A stretch of 55,409 nt of DNA from Acidimicrobiales bacterium (GTDB lineage Bacteria; Actinomycetota; Acidimicrobiia; Acidimicrobiales; CADCSY01), in NCBI GenBank assembly GCA_038233555.1, contig JBBSLT010000001.1, positions 1 to 55,409 of the forward strand, written 5' to 3'. The notes below the pieces were generated by a model, which had not been told where the DNA came from, searched no databases, and saw only the letters and a list, made by a program, of their open reading frames with translations. This document shows positions 37,353-46,584 of this stretch, in pieces (position 1 is the stretch's first letter; every line of letters starts with the position of its first letter). A program made the position numbers and the translations under genes.

Positions 37353-38075
37353 ATGGAAGATCGCCACGAGTGGCTCTCGTTCGAAGACCCCGAGGAAGAC
37401 CGCACCTGGCTGTTCGACCTCACCTTCCTGCTCAGTCGCTGGACGTGCATCTACGGCCGGGGCTGTCCGGGAATCGACAGCCGCCCCGACATCGGCTGCT
37501 GCTCCCACGGTGCCTACTTCAGCGACGAGATCGACCGGACCACCGTGGAGGCGGCCGTGGCCACCCTCACCCCCGACCAGTGGCAGTACGCCGGGGTTGC
37601 CCGGCGTAAGGGCTTCCTGGCCCGGGCTGCAGGCGGGGGCTGGAAGACCCGAGTGCACGAGGGCGGCTGCATCATGTTGAACCGGGGCGGGTTCCCCGCC
37701 GGCGCCGGCTGTGCCCTGCACCAGGCCGCGCTAGCCCGCGGCCTTCGGCCCATGGACCTCAAGCCCGAGGTGTGCTGGCAGGTTCCCCTGCGCCGGGTGG
37801 ACAGCGTCGACGAGGTCGGCCACGTCACCTCCACCGTGCGGGAGTGGAAGCGTCGCGACTGGGACGAGGGCGGCCAAGAGTTCCACTGGTGGTGCATCGA
37901 GGAGGAGGCAGCGTTCGTGGGTGACGATACGGTGTTAGCCACCATGGCCGACGAGCTGGGGGCCCTGGTAGGGCCGGTCGCCCACGACCTCCTACTGGCG
38001 GCTCTGGCCGAGCGTGACGCCACCGTCACGATCCTGGCTCACCCGACCCTGCGGAGCTCGGTCGCATCTGCATGA
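37353..38075 (+). CDS. Conserved Cys-rich protein (possibly YkgJ/UPF0153-like metal-binding)
   Basis: WTCIYGRGCPGIDSRPDIGCCSHGAYF, GGCIMLNRGGFPAGAGCALH, EVCWQVPLRR. Family is uncertain. Confidence 0.6.
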   Translation: MEDRHEWLSFEDPEEDRTWLFDLTFLLSRWTCIYGRGCPGIDSRPDIGCCSHGAYFSDEIDRTTVEAAVATLTPDQWQYAGVARRKGFLARAAGGGWKTRVHEGGCIMLNRGGFPAGAGCALHQAALARGLRPMDLKPEVCWQVPLRRVDSVDEVGHVTSTVREWKRRDWDEGGQEFHWWCIEEEAAFVGDDTVLATMADELGALVGPVAHDLLLAALAERDATVTILAHPTLRSSVASA

Positions 38076-39214
38076 CCGCCGTCGACACGACCACGATCGA
38101 CGACGTCATCGCCCTCATCGAGCGCCAGGGCGAGGAAGGCCTGCACCCCGGCGCCCAGCTCTACGTCAGCGTCGGCGGGGAGGTGGTCTGCGACGTCGCC
38201 GTGGGCGAGGCCCGTCCCGGCCAGGCCCTGCGCCCCGACCACCTCATGTTGTGGTACTCCTCCACCAAGCCCCTGACGGCCGTGGCCTTGGCTCAGCTCC
38301 TGGAGCGTGGTGCCCTCGGTCTCGACAACCTGATCAGCCGGTATGTCAGCGGCTGGGGGGCAGGCAAGGAGGGCTGCACCATCCGCCACGTCCTCACCCA
38401 CATGGGAGGCTTCGCCAGCGCCGAGACATTCGACGCCGACCTCTCCTGGGACGAGGCCATAGCCCGCATCGCCGCCCACCGGGCCACCTACGAGCCGGGT
38501 ACATGGGCCAGCTACCACGCCACCTCGGGTTGGAAGATCTTGGGCGAGGTCATCCGGGTGATCGACGGTCGCCCCATCGACGTCTACCTGGCCGAAGAGG
38601 TGTTGGCGCCGGCGGGCATGGCCGACACCTGGCTCGGCATCCCCCCCACCGACCAGGATCGCCTCGGCGAGCGCTTGGCGCCGGTGCATTGGAGCGGCCA
38701 CATGATGCCGGTGATGCAAGACGGCGCTCTGTCCATGGCGCCGTACCACATCGAGGACATCCACGATCAACCCTGGCACCGGGCCAAGGTGGAGCCCGGA
38801 GCCGGCGGGCGAGGTCCGGCCGGCGACCTGGGCCGGTTCTACGAGGCCCTGCTACTCGACGATGCCAGCCGTCTCTTCCGCCGGCCCGAGACGGTCAACC
38901 TGCTCACCGCCTGTCACCGCACCGGTGTCCTCGACCGGATCTTCCTGTCGAGCCCGCCCTGGGGCCTCGGGGTCCAGATCGCCGGCAGCATGAGCGGCTC
39001 CATCGGCTACCGGGCCTTTGGTCACAGCGGCATGGCCTCCAGCCGGGGGCTGTGCGACCCGGTCGAGGGCCTGGTCATGGTCTTTGTATGCAATGGCCTG
39101 GCCGGCCCCATCGACAACGAGCGGCGCATGACCGAGGTCACCAATGCCGTCTACGCCGCCACCTGCCCCGAGCCCAAGGGCCCCAGAGTGTCCCCGGCGG
39201 TCACCCTCAGCTGA
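38072..39214 (+). CDS. Serine hydrolase, beta-lactamase/esterase family
   Basis: S-x-x-K motif YSSTKPLTA. 380 aa. ATGA overlap with the upstream gene. Confidence 0.82.
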   Translation: MTAVDTTTIDDVIALIERQGEEGLHPGAQLYVSVGGEVVCDVAVGEARPGQALRPDHLMLWYSSTKPLTAVALAQLLERGALGLDNLISRYVSGWGAGKEGCTIRHVLTHMGGFASAETFDADLSWDEAIARIAAHRATYEPGTWASYHATSGWKILGEVIRVIDGRPIDVYLAEEVLAPAGMADTWLGIPPTDQDRLGERLAPVHWSGHMMPVMQDGALSMAPYHIEDIHDQPWHRAKVEPGAGGRGPAGDLGRFYEALLLDDASRLFRRPETVNLLTACHRTGVLDRIFLSSPPWGLGVQIAGSMSGSIGYRAFGHSGMASSRGLCDPVEGLVMVFVCNGLAGPIDNERRMTEVTNAVYAATCPEPKGPRVSPAVTLS

Positions 39215-39224
39215 CCCCTCTTCT

Positions 39225-39275
39225 CGTTCTTTGTCGCGTCCCGCTCACCCTCTGTGCAAAATGCGACAAAGAACG
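39225..39275. repeat. Intergenic palindrome: 13-bp arms cgttctttgtcgc / gcgacaaagaacg, 25-nt loop
   Basis: Lies in the 76-nt convergent spacer. The right arm shares the 12-mer cgacaaagaacg with the fbiC palindrome (30278..30289). Both are flanked by cccc/gggg. Confidence 0.7.
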
Positions 39276-39290
39276 CCGGTGGGGAAGGAG

Positions 39291-40502
39291 CTAGCGGCGG
39301 AAGGCCTGGAGGTGGGGCCAGAGGTTGGGGGCGGTGGTGCGCCAGTCGTAGAGGGAGCCTCCGATGGCGCCCCGTTGCGAGGCGGCGGCCACCATGGCAT
39401 CCACGTCGCCGGGGCTGGTCTCGTCGGCGATCCCCCCCACCGTGTGGATCACGGCGTCGGCTCCGACGTGGGCCCGCAGGCGGTCGATGTTCTCAGCGGT
39501 GTAGCGTCCGCCGTCCCGGTAGCCCGACCCCGCCGTGCGGAAGCTCTGGTAGGCCATGGGCACCCACACGTCGTAGAACGGGTCCAGCTCCTCCCACGGG
39601 AAGCCGGGCCAGAAGCTGGTGTTGATCACCTCCATGACCACCGGCGGGAAGACGATGGCACCTAGCGCCGTCCCGGGAAGCGCCGAGCGCAGCGAGCGGC
39701 TGAGATCGACCAGGCGCCGGTTGCGCTCAACCGTGTCGGCCAGGTCTCGTGACTCGATGTCGACGGCCACGGCATCGACATCGAGCGAGGCCGCCGCCAC
39801 CAGGCGCCGGAGGTCGTCGGCGGGGTCGACGAAGGTGGGCAGGTACCAGGCCACCACGGCCATGTCGCGGGCCCGTGCTCGGGCGATCAGCGGCTCCAGG
39901 CGCTCAGGCTCGAGGATGGCGGCGGCCACGTTGAAGCGCGACGTCTGCACGTACAGCGTCTGCACCCCGACCTCGGCCATGCGGTCGATGTCGGCCACCT
40001 CGACCAGGGCCCCGTTGCCGCCGAAGGTCCGGCTCCAGTCGTAGACGTCGATCCAGGTGCCGAGCCCGGCATAGACACCGACGCCAGCGGGGAGAGGCCG
40101 AGGCGGGGCCACGGCTACGGGTACCGGCGCTGCGGTGGTCGTGGGCCTCGGGACCGTGGGGGGCGTGGTGGCGCGAGGGCTCGCGACAGGACTAAGGGTG
40201 GCGGCCGCGGGAGCGGCCGGCGTCGTCGTAGGTGCGGGCGCATCGGCCGGGAGGGCGACGTCGACGGCACCGTCCACGACGGCACCGTCCACGACGGCGT
40301 CGGCAGCGTCGTCGGCCTGCTCGCCGTCGAGCAGCGAGACGAAAGCCGGCTTCGCCACCCGGGCCAAAGCCGTCTGGGATCCGTCGTCTCCGGGAGCGCC
40401 GCAGCCGGCCAGGCCCGAGGCCACCACCAAGACGACGACCAGGCCACCCATCTTCTGCCACGGCGATCGCACGGTCCGTAGCCTAGGAGGTTCGCCAGGC
40501 AT
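39291..40502 (-). CDS. Secreted lipoprotein with Pro/Thr/Ala linker and glycoside-hydrolase-like TIM-barrel domain
   Basis: Lipobox LAGC. Low-complexity linker. C-terminal domain (YVQTSRFN..., AVVAWYLP..., AVDIESR) resembles GHL/DUF4015-type domains (from memory). Contains the 15-bp tandem repeat at 40263..40292. Confidence 0.7.
   Translation of the reverse strand: MPGEPPRLRTVRSPWQKMGGLVVVLVVASGLAGCGAPGDDGSQTALARVAKPAFVSLLDGEQADDAADAVVDGAVVDGAVDVALPADAPAPTTTPAAPAAATLSPVASPRATTPPTVPRPTTTAAPVPVAVAPPRPLPAGVGVYAGLGTWIDVYDWSRTFGGNGALVEVADIDRMAEVGVQTLYVQTSRFNVAAAILEPERLEPLIARARARDMAVVAWYLPTFVDPADDLRRLVAAASLDVDAVAVDIESRDLADTVERNRRLVDLSRSLRSALPGTALGAIVFPPVVMEVINTSFWPGFPWEELDPFYDVWVPMAYQSFRTAGSGYRDGGRYTAENIDRLRAHVGADAVIHTVGGIADETSPGDVDAMVAAASQRGAIGGSLYDWRTTAPNLWPHLQAFRR
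40263..40292. repeat. 15-bp tandem duplication (gacggcaccgtccac x2) in the lipoprotein linker
   Basis: Encodes the duplicated VDGAV motif. Confidence 0.8.
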
Positions 40503-40508
40503 GTCGAC

Positions 40509-40709
40509 CTATGCGGTGTCGGCGGCCTCGTCGTCAGCGTCGTCCTCGTCGTGCAGGCACCACGAAGCGTGCTCAGCTTCGGGCTTGGCCCCGCATTCCG
40601 GGCACGGCTCTACCTCGACGAACCCGACGTCGCCCAGGCGAAGCTCGCTCGTAGCGTGCTTCACCGCCCGAGCCTCTTCATAGCGCCGATGGCGGCCCTT
40701 CTTCACCAC
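40509..40709 (-). CDS. Small protein with CPxCG-type zinc-ribbon motif and acidic tail (66 aa)
   Basis: MVKKGRHRRYEEARAVKH...EPCPECGAKPEAEHASWCLHDEDDADDEAADTA. 6 nt upstream of the lipoprotein gene. Confidence 0.55.
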   Translation of the reverse strand: MVKKGRHRRYEEARAVKHATSELRLGDVGFVEVEPCPECGAKPEAEHASWCLHDEDDADDEAADTA

Positions 40710-40792
40710 GAAAGCCTCCTCGGAACGGCCAGCCCAGTGAGTTTATCGGCTGACCTGGGTGACCAAAAGGATCAACCAATATCGTCGTAAGC

Positions 40793-42346
40793 ATGCCCGA
40801 CCAGCCGTGGTGGAAATCAGCGGTGATCTACCAGATCTATCCCCGGTCCTTCGCCGACAGCGGCTCCGGCGACTCGCCGGTTCCAGCCGTGGGTGACCTA
40901 AAGGGCATCCGCCGCCACCTCGACCACCTGAGCTGGCTCGGGGTCGACGCCATCTGGCTCTCACCCTTCTACCGCTCCCCCATGGCCGACTTCGGCTACG
41001 ACGTGAGCGACCATTGCGACGTCGATCCGGTGTTCGGCTCGCTCGCCGACTTCGACCTCTTGGTGGCCGAGGCCCACGACCGGGGGCTGCGGGTGCTCAT
41101 CGACTGGGTGGCCAACCACACCTCCGATCGCCACCCGTGGTTCCTCGATGCCCGTTCCTCGCCCCAGAGCGCCCATCGCCCGTGGTACATCTGGCGCGAT
41201 CCGGCGCCCGATGGTGGGCCCCCCAACAACTGGCGGGCGGCGTTCGGGACCGACGTGGCCGCCTGGACCCTCGATCCCGGCTCCGGCCAGTACTACCTCC
41301 ACCTCTTCCTTCCCGATCAACCCGACTTGAACTGGTCGCACCCCCCGATGGTGGAGGCCATGCACCAGGTGCTGCGCTTTTGGCTCGACCGGGGCGTCGA
41401 CGGCTTCCGAGCCGATGCCGTCCACGCCATCGGCAAGGACCCAGCCCTGGCCGACGACCCCGAGGAGACCGCCGGTCAGCCGCGCTCCTCCACCAACGAC
41501 GATGCCGCCACCCATCCCCTGTTGCGGGGCGTGCGGGCCCTGCTCGACAGCTACGACGGCGAGCGGGTCATGGTGGGCGAGGTCTACCTGCTCGACACCG
41601 CCCGGGTGGCGCCCTACTACGGCCACGACGACGAGCTCCACCTCGCCTTCAACTTCGCACCGCTGTTCGCCCCATGGGAGGCCGGGGCCTGGAGGTTCGC
41701 TATCGAGGAGGTCCAGCGCCATCTCCTCGACGCCGGCGCCTGGCCCACCTGGGTCCTCGGCAACCACGACATCTCCCGACCGGTCACCCGCTACGGCAGT
41801 GAGGCCCGGGCCCGGGCCGCGAGCGTCTTGCTGCTCGGCCTACCGGGCACTCCGTTCCTCTACGCCGGCGATGAGCTGGGCCTCGAAGATGCGGTCGTGG
41901 CTCCCGAGGCGGTGGTCGACCCGGGTGGGCGCGACGGGTGCCGGGCCCCCATCCCCTGGGACGCTTCGGAGAGCCACGGCTGGGGCGAGGCGCCCTGGCT
42001 CCCGTGGCCACCGCGGGCCGACCGGCGCAACGTCGCCACCCTGAGGAACGACCAGGGTTCGATCCTGCACCTGTACCGGCGCCTGCTGGCCGCCCGACGG
42101 TCGAGCCCGGCCCTCTCCCTCGGCCGACTCGAGCTGGCGGAGGCGCCCCCGGGCGTGCTCGCCTGGCTGCGGACCGCTGACGACGACCGGCGGATGGTGG
42201 CGGTCAACTTCACCGGGTCATCCCAGGTGCTGAAGCTCACTGCCGGCGACTGGCGGGTCGAGGTGGCCAGTGACGGGGCCGGCGAGCATGCCCGGTGGGA
42301 CGGGCGCCTCGCCCCCGACCAAGCCCTCGTCCTACGACCTGACTGA
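40793..42346 (+). CDS. GH13 alpha-glucosidase / oligo-1,6-glucosidase family
   Basis: WWKSAVIYQIYPRSFADS, IDWVANHTS, GVDGFRADAVH, VLGNHD. Confidence 0.9.
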   Translation: MPDQPWWKSAVIYQIYPRSFADSGSGDSPVPAVGDLKGIRRHLDHLSWLGVDAIWLSPFYRSPMADFGYDVSDHCDVDPVFGSLADFDLLVAEAHDRGLRVLIDWVANHTSDRHPWFLDARSSPQSAHRPWYIWRDPAPDGGPPNNWRAAFGTDVAAWTLDPGSGQYYLHLFLPDQPDLNWSHPPMVEAMHQVLRFWLDRGVDGFRADAVHAIGKDPALADDPEETAGQPRSSTNDDAATHPLLRGVRALLDSYDGERVMVGEVYLLDTARVAPYYGHDDELHLAFNFAPLFAPWEAGAWRFAIEEVQRHLLDAGAWPTWVLGNHDISRPVTRYGSEARARAASVLLLGLPGTPFLYAGDELGLEDAVVAPEAVVDPGGRDGCRAPIPWDASESHGWGEAPWLPWPPRADRRNVATLRNDQGSILHLYRRLLAARRSSPALSLGRLELAEAPPGVLAWLRTADDDRRMVAVNFTGSSQVLKLTAGDWRVEVASDGAGEHARWDGRLAPDQALVLRPD

Positions 42347-42388
42347 CGCTGGCGACCGCCTTCTGGTCCAGGAGTGGTCTCCACCGCC

Positions 42389-43555
42389 TCAGGGGCTGGA
42401 GCCCTCGATCCAGGAAGCCGTGGGGCGGGGCAGGTCGGAGAGGACCGCATCGCCCGTGCGGCGCTCCAGCACCAGGGCACCGGTCCCGTCGAAGGCCAGG
42501 GCCAGCTCCCCTGCCACCAAACGCTGGGCCGGGCCGCCCACCAGCTCGGCCCGCCACCCCGAAGCCAGCCGGGCGCTCGGCTCGCGCTGCAAGAAGGCGC
42601 TCAGGTCACTGCGGGTGGCGAGCAGGCCGGCATCGAGGCGAAGCTCTCGACCCAGCTGGCTCACCCATGCCGCCAGTAGCGCCTGAGCGGGACGCAGGTT
42701 GCGGTCGAGGTCGTCGCGACGAGGCGTCGTCAGCGCCGCCTCCGGCACCGATCGGCCCTCCTCGACCGCAGCCAGGATCTCCCGGCCCTGAACTCCCCGG
42801 GCATGACGTGGGTCGAGGCCCCGAACCCGGCCGAGCTGTTCGCCATCTTTGGGAGCGGCGTTGGCGATGCCCACCAGGGCCATGTCGGAGAGCACGAAGC
42901 GCACGGGCTGGTCGGTCTCCGCCGCTCGCCGCTCCCGCCATGCCGCCACCGCCTGGGCGATTCCCCTCGAGCGCCCCCGCAGGGCACGGGCATCCTTGAG
43001 GCGCAACCAGGCATCCTCGGGCTTCGGTGGGCCCCAGCGCCGGGTGCGCAGCTCCTCGCACTCTGCCTCGGCCCAGGCCAGACGCCCCGTGGCCTCCAGC
43101 TCCCGGCGCAAGAGCTCGGTCAGCTGGAGGAGGTGGATCACGTCGGAGGCGGCGTAGCGCTGCTGGTCGAGCGTCAGTGGGCGGCGCAGCCAGTCGGTCA
43201 GCCGGTTGGCCTTGGGCAGGTCGACGTCGAGCACCCGGCCGACCAGCGAAGTCAGCGACGGGGTCGAAAAGCCCAGGAATCCGGCCGCCACCTGCGTGTC
43301 GAACAAGACCGCCGGGATGGTGCCGCATGCCCGCTGTAGCACCTCGAGGTCCTGGCTGGCGGCGTGCATGACCGCCATGCCCGGGCCCGAGAGCACGCCC
43401 GACAGTGGAGACAGATCGACGGCAAGGGGGTCGACAAGCACCAGTCCCCCGGCCCAGGCGATCTGTACCAGCGCCAGCTTGGGGTAGTACGTCCGCTCCC
43501 GATGGAACTCAGTGTCCACGGCGTAGGCGGGGACCGTCTGGAGGGCGGCGACCAC
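42389..43555 (-). CDS. rnd: Ribonuclease D (DEDD exonuclease + HRDC)
   Basis: YAVDTEFHRERTYYPKLALVQI. Start is uncertain: GTG 43555 is the only canonical start downstream of the rhodanese stop. Confidence 0.8.
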   Translation of the reverse strand: MVAALQTVPAYAVDTEFHRERTYYPKLALVQIAWAGGLVLVDPLAVDLSPLSGVLSGPGMAVMHAASQDLEVLQRACGTIPAVLFDTQVAAGFLGFSTPSLTSLVGRVLDVDLPKANRLTDWLRRPLTLDQQRYAASDVIHLLQLTELLRRELEATGRLAWAEAECEELRTRRWGPPKPEDAWLRLKDARALRGRSRGIAQAVAAWRERRAAETDQPVRFVLSDMALVGIANAAPKDGEQLGRVRGLDPRHARGVQGREILAAVEEGRSVPEAALTTPRRDDLDRNLRPAQALLAAWVSQLGRELRLDAGLLATRSDLSAFLQREPSARLASGWRAELVGGPAQRLVAGELALAFDGTGALVLERRTGDAVLSDLPRPTASWIEGSSP

Positions 43556-43635
43556 CTCGGCCAGGCCGGCGGCGTCGCTGACCAGGCGGTGCTCGGCGAC
43601 GGCGTCAGGGTCGTCGGGAACGGATTCGCTTCGCC

Positions 43636-43968
43636 TCAGCTCGGCTCCGTGCCCTTCACCACCGGGTTGCCGGCCTCGATCCAGCCCCGGGTGCCGCCGG
43701 CCACGTTCACCGCCCGATAGCCGGCGCCGTTGAGAGCCTCGGTGGCCGCCGCACTGCGCCCGCCCCCTCCACAAACCACGTAGACCTGCTCGTCGGTGGG
43801 AACCTCGGTGTGGCGCTCGTTTAGCTGATCCAAGGGGATGAGGTGGGCTCCGGGAACGTGGCCGTCTTGATACTCGTCGGGCTGGCGCACGTCGAGCACC
43901 CAAGCTCCCGCCGCCTGCATCTCGGCTAGGCGGGCGACGTCGATCTCGGGCTCAGGACCGTCAGTCAT
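43636..43968 (-). CDS. Rhodanese-domain sulfurtransferase
   Basis: 110 aa. Active-site loop VVCGGGGRS. Confidence 0.85.
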   Translation of the reverse strand: MTDGPEPEIDVARLAEMQAAGAWVLDVRQPDEYQDGHVPGAHLIPLDQLNERHTEVPTDEQVYVVCGGGGRSAAATEALNGAGYRAVNVAGGTRGWIEAGNPVVKGTEPS

Positions 43969-43993
43969 AGCCGTCCATTCTGGCCTACCGCCC

Positions 43994-44599
43994 TCATGAA
44001 AGGGGAATCGACGCCGAACCATTCGCCTCCAGTGCGGCCAGGTCGGCCGGGGTGTCCGCGTCGGCCAGGGCACCGGCGTCAATGCCGTGGACCTCGGCCC
44101 CCGCCAGCCCGGTGACGGCGCGGTGCATCGCCCGCTCGCCCTGGTCGAACATGGCCGCCAACGCCGGGCGGGCCGAGCGCCGCCAGGCGCCGTGCAGGGG
44201 CTCTTGGCGACCGTTGGCGACGGGGACGGCGCAGGCCAGGTCCCCGTCGGCGTCCAGCGCAGCCACCACCAGGCGGACGGCCTCGGGCCGGACGGCGACG
44301 AGGTCGCAGGCCAGCACGACCACCACCGGCGAGGAGGCGTGGCCCAGGGCGGTGAGGAGCCCCCCCAACGGTCCCTCCCCCGGGTGGTCATCGGCCACCG
44401 CCGCCAACCCAAGGTGGCGCAGCGCCGCCAGGTCGCCGCCCACGGCGAACACCTCCCCGGCTCCTGCCTCGCCCAGCACCTGGGCCACCTCGACCGCCAG
44501 AGCCCTTCCCCCCACCTCGACCAGCGCCTTGTCACGACCCATGCGCCGGCTCGCCCCTCCCGTGAGCACGGCGCCGCTGAAGGCAGGCAGCGAAACCAT
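43994..44599 (-). CDS. mobA: Molybdenum cofactor guanylyltransferase
   Basis: AVLTGGASRRMGRDKAL. Confidence 0.85.
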   Translation of the reverse strand: MVSLPAFSGAVLTGGASRRMGRDKALVEVGGRALAVEVAQVLGEAGAGEVFAVGGDLAALRHLGLAAVADDHPGEGPLGGLLTALGHASSPVVVVLACDLVAVRPEAVRLVVAALDADGDLACAVPVANGRQEPLHGAWRRSARPALAAMFDQGERAMHRAVTGLAGAEVHGIDAGALADADTPADLAALEANGSASIPLS

Positions 44600-45159
44600 T
44601 AACCCCCGTAGTTCATGCGTGTGTCCTCCATGCGCAAGACCGGCGTGTCCTCGTCAGCCTGGAAGCTGGCGTCGATCACCTCGCCCACGAAGAAGCTGTG
44701 GTTGCCGGCGTCGACCCGCTGGCGCACCTCGCAGTCGAGGTAACCCGGAGCCTGGTCGAGGATGGGGGCGCCGCTGGCGCCATCGTGAAAGGCGAACCCG
44801 TTCATCGTCATGGCCGCCAGGTCGACCTCGACCGGCTTGGTGAACTTGCGCACGATGGCCCGGTCGTCCCGGGACACGGTGCACAGGCTGAACACCCCGC
44901 CCTGGTCGACGAGCTCGTGGGTGAAGGCCGACTTCTCCACCCCCACGCCCACCAGCTTGGGCTCAAAGGAGAGCTGCGTCGCCCAGTTCAAGGTCATGAG
45001 GTTTCGCCGGTCGCCCGCCCGGCTGCCAACCACGTACAGCCCGTAGGGCAGGGTCCACAAAACCCGGCGCCGGGTCTTGTCGTAGGCCTCGCGAGCCTCG
45101 TCGGTGTCGGCCCCGTCCGGGAACGGTCCAATCGCTCCGGTCCCCCCTGGCGCAGCCAT
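44599..45159 (-). CDS. Flavin reductase-like (FMN-binding split-barrel) protein
   Basis: LYVVGSRAGDRRNLMTLNWATQLSFEPKLVGVGVEK. 1-nt overlap (TAATG) with mobA. Confidence 0.8.
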   Translation of the reverse strand: MAAPGGTGAIGPFPDGADTDEAREAYDKTRRRVLWTLPYGLYVVGSRAGDRRNLMTLNWATQLSFEPKLVGVGVEKSAFTHELVDQGGVFSLCTVSRDDRAIVRKFTKPVEVDLAAMTMNGFAFHDGASGAPILDQAPGYLDCEVRQRVDAGNHSFFVGEVIDASFQADEDTPVLRMEDTRMNYGG

Positions 45160-45205
45160 GACCCGACGTTAGCCCCACGCCATGACCATGCCGCCGAAGC
45201 CGGCA

Positions 45206-46300
45206 TCAGACCGGGAAGCGGCGCTTGATCCAGTCGGCGAAGAGCGGGTCGATGATCACCAAACGACCCTGGCGCCGGGCGAGGTAGCCGTTGCCGACCA
45301 GGGCCTCGACGGCGGCGCTGGCCGTGCCGGGAGACAGGTCAAGGACGTCCGCCGCAGTCCCGTAGACGCTGCCTCCCGCCGCCAACGCCCGGAGGGACTT
45401 TTGATGTCCGGAGGGAAGGAGGGCGTAGAGGCGTTCGGAGCCGTTGTCGACGTTGGCCCGGATGCCAGCCAATGCCTCCTCCCAGGTGCGGTCGTGGGCC
45501 GAGGTGCCGGCGTCGGTCAGGCGCCACAGGGCATCAGCCAGCTGCATGGCCCGTTGGGGATGGCCGTCGGCGAAGGCGACCAACCTGCTCGTGATCGCTC
45601 CGGTACCACGACCGGTGCAGGCGAAGCCCTCTTCGACGATGTCGGCCACGGCGGCGTCGGTGAGAGGGCTGATCTCGATGAGGTCGGCCTGGGCGAAGAA
45701 GGGCTGAGCCTGGTCGGTGAACAGAGTCCGCATGGTGGAGGGTTGCGAACCGGCGAAGACGATGGCCAGGTCCTGGTAGTGGTGCTGGAGCTCGGTGCGC
45801 AAGAGCCCGGCGGCCCCGGTCACGTTGGCGATGCCGGAGAACTCGTCGAAGACGACGATGAGATCCTGACGCTGGGCGGTGCGGACGAGGACGTCGAGCA
45901 GCGATCGCAAGGTGAGGACAGGATCGGGCCGCTCGCGGCGGCTCTTGGAGAGCTCGATGCCCATCACCCCCAACCGCAGCGACAGGGAGCCGGCGATGGA
46001 GTCGAGGACACGCCGCACCGAGCCGGTGACCTGGTCCAGGCCCCGGTCGACGGCTCCGGCGAGGTCGGCCATCGAGCTCAGCTCGTAGAGATCGATCCAC
46101 ACCGTCTCCGGCCCCACCCCGGCCAGGTCGGCGGTGACCCGCTTGAGCACGCTGGTCTTGCCGAAGCGACGGGGCCCGAGCAGGGCGGTGAGGCGACGCT
46201 CGGTCAACCGCTCGGCCAGGTCCCTCACCAGATCGTCACGCCCGGAGACCTGCTCGGGCGCCAGCGGTCCCTGGTGCGGAAAGGGGCTCCGTTCACCCAT
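45206..46300 (-). CDS. ATP-binding protein of the Arch_ATPase (PF01637-like) type with C-terminal winged-helix region
   Basis: Walker A LLGPRRFGKTSVL, Walker B LIVVFDEFSG. C-terminal GNGYLARRQGRLVIIDPLFADWI. Confidence 0.75.
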   Translation of the reverse strand: MGERSPFPHQGPLAPEQVSGRDDLVRDLAERLTERRLTALLGPRRFGKTSVLKRVTADLAGVGPETVWIDLYELSSMADLAGAVDRGLDQVTGSVRRVLDSIAGSLSLRLGVMGIELSKSRRERPDPVLTLRSLLDVLVRTAQRQDLIVVFDEFSGIANVTGAAGLLRTELQHHYQDLAIVFAGSQPSTMRTLFTDQAQPFFAQADLIEISPLTDAAVADIVEEGFACTGRGTGAITSRLVAFADGHPQRAMQLADALWRLTDAGTSAHDRTWEEALAGIRANVDNGSERLYALLPSGHQKSLRALAAGGSVYGTAADVLDLSPGTASAAVEALVGNGYLARRQGRLVIIDPLFADWIKRRFPV

Positions 46301-46346
46301 ACCTAAAAGCTATCGTTCAATCGAGCCCTCACGGGACCCGGCTCCG

Positions 46347-46559
46347 TCAGAACCGGCCAACCAACCAGACTGCCAGCTGGACCGCCCGCCATCCCAGATA
46401 AGCAACCACCGCTACCACCAACAGCTTGAAGTGCCAGGGGGCGCCGACGTCCCCGCCGGCGGCGGGCGCGGGCAGCGACGCTCCGCACCTCGGGCAGGCG
46501 CCCGCGGCGGACACAGCGTCGGTGGGCAAGAAGCAGTCGCACTCGTCGCACCAGGGCAC
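46347..46559 (-). CDS. Zinc-ribbon protein with C-terminal TM anchor (70 aa)
   Basis: GTG 46559. (M)PWCDECDCF...ACPRCGASL, then HFKLLVVAVVAYLGWRAVQLAVWLV. Confidence 0.55.
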   Translation of the reverse strand: MPWCDECDCFLPTDAVSAAGACPRCGASLPAPAAGGDVGAPWHFKLLVVAVVAYLGWRAVQLAVWLVGRF

Positions 46560-46584
46560 TGCCGGCCAGGCTACGCCGGGGGAT

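Noticed and set aside
42056-42065. tRNA-like T-loop sequence ggttcgatcc
   Set aside because: It lies inside the GH13 coding frame. The flanks do not form T-stem or acceptor pairing. No tRNA could be built anywhere in the window.
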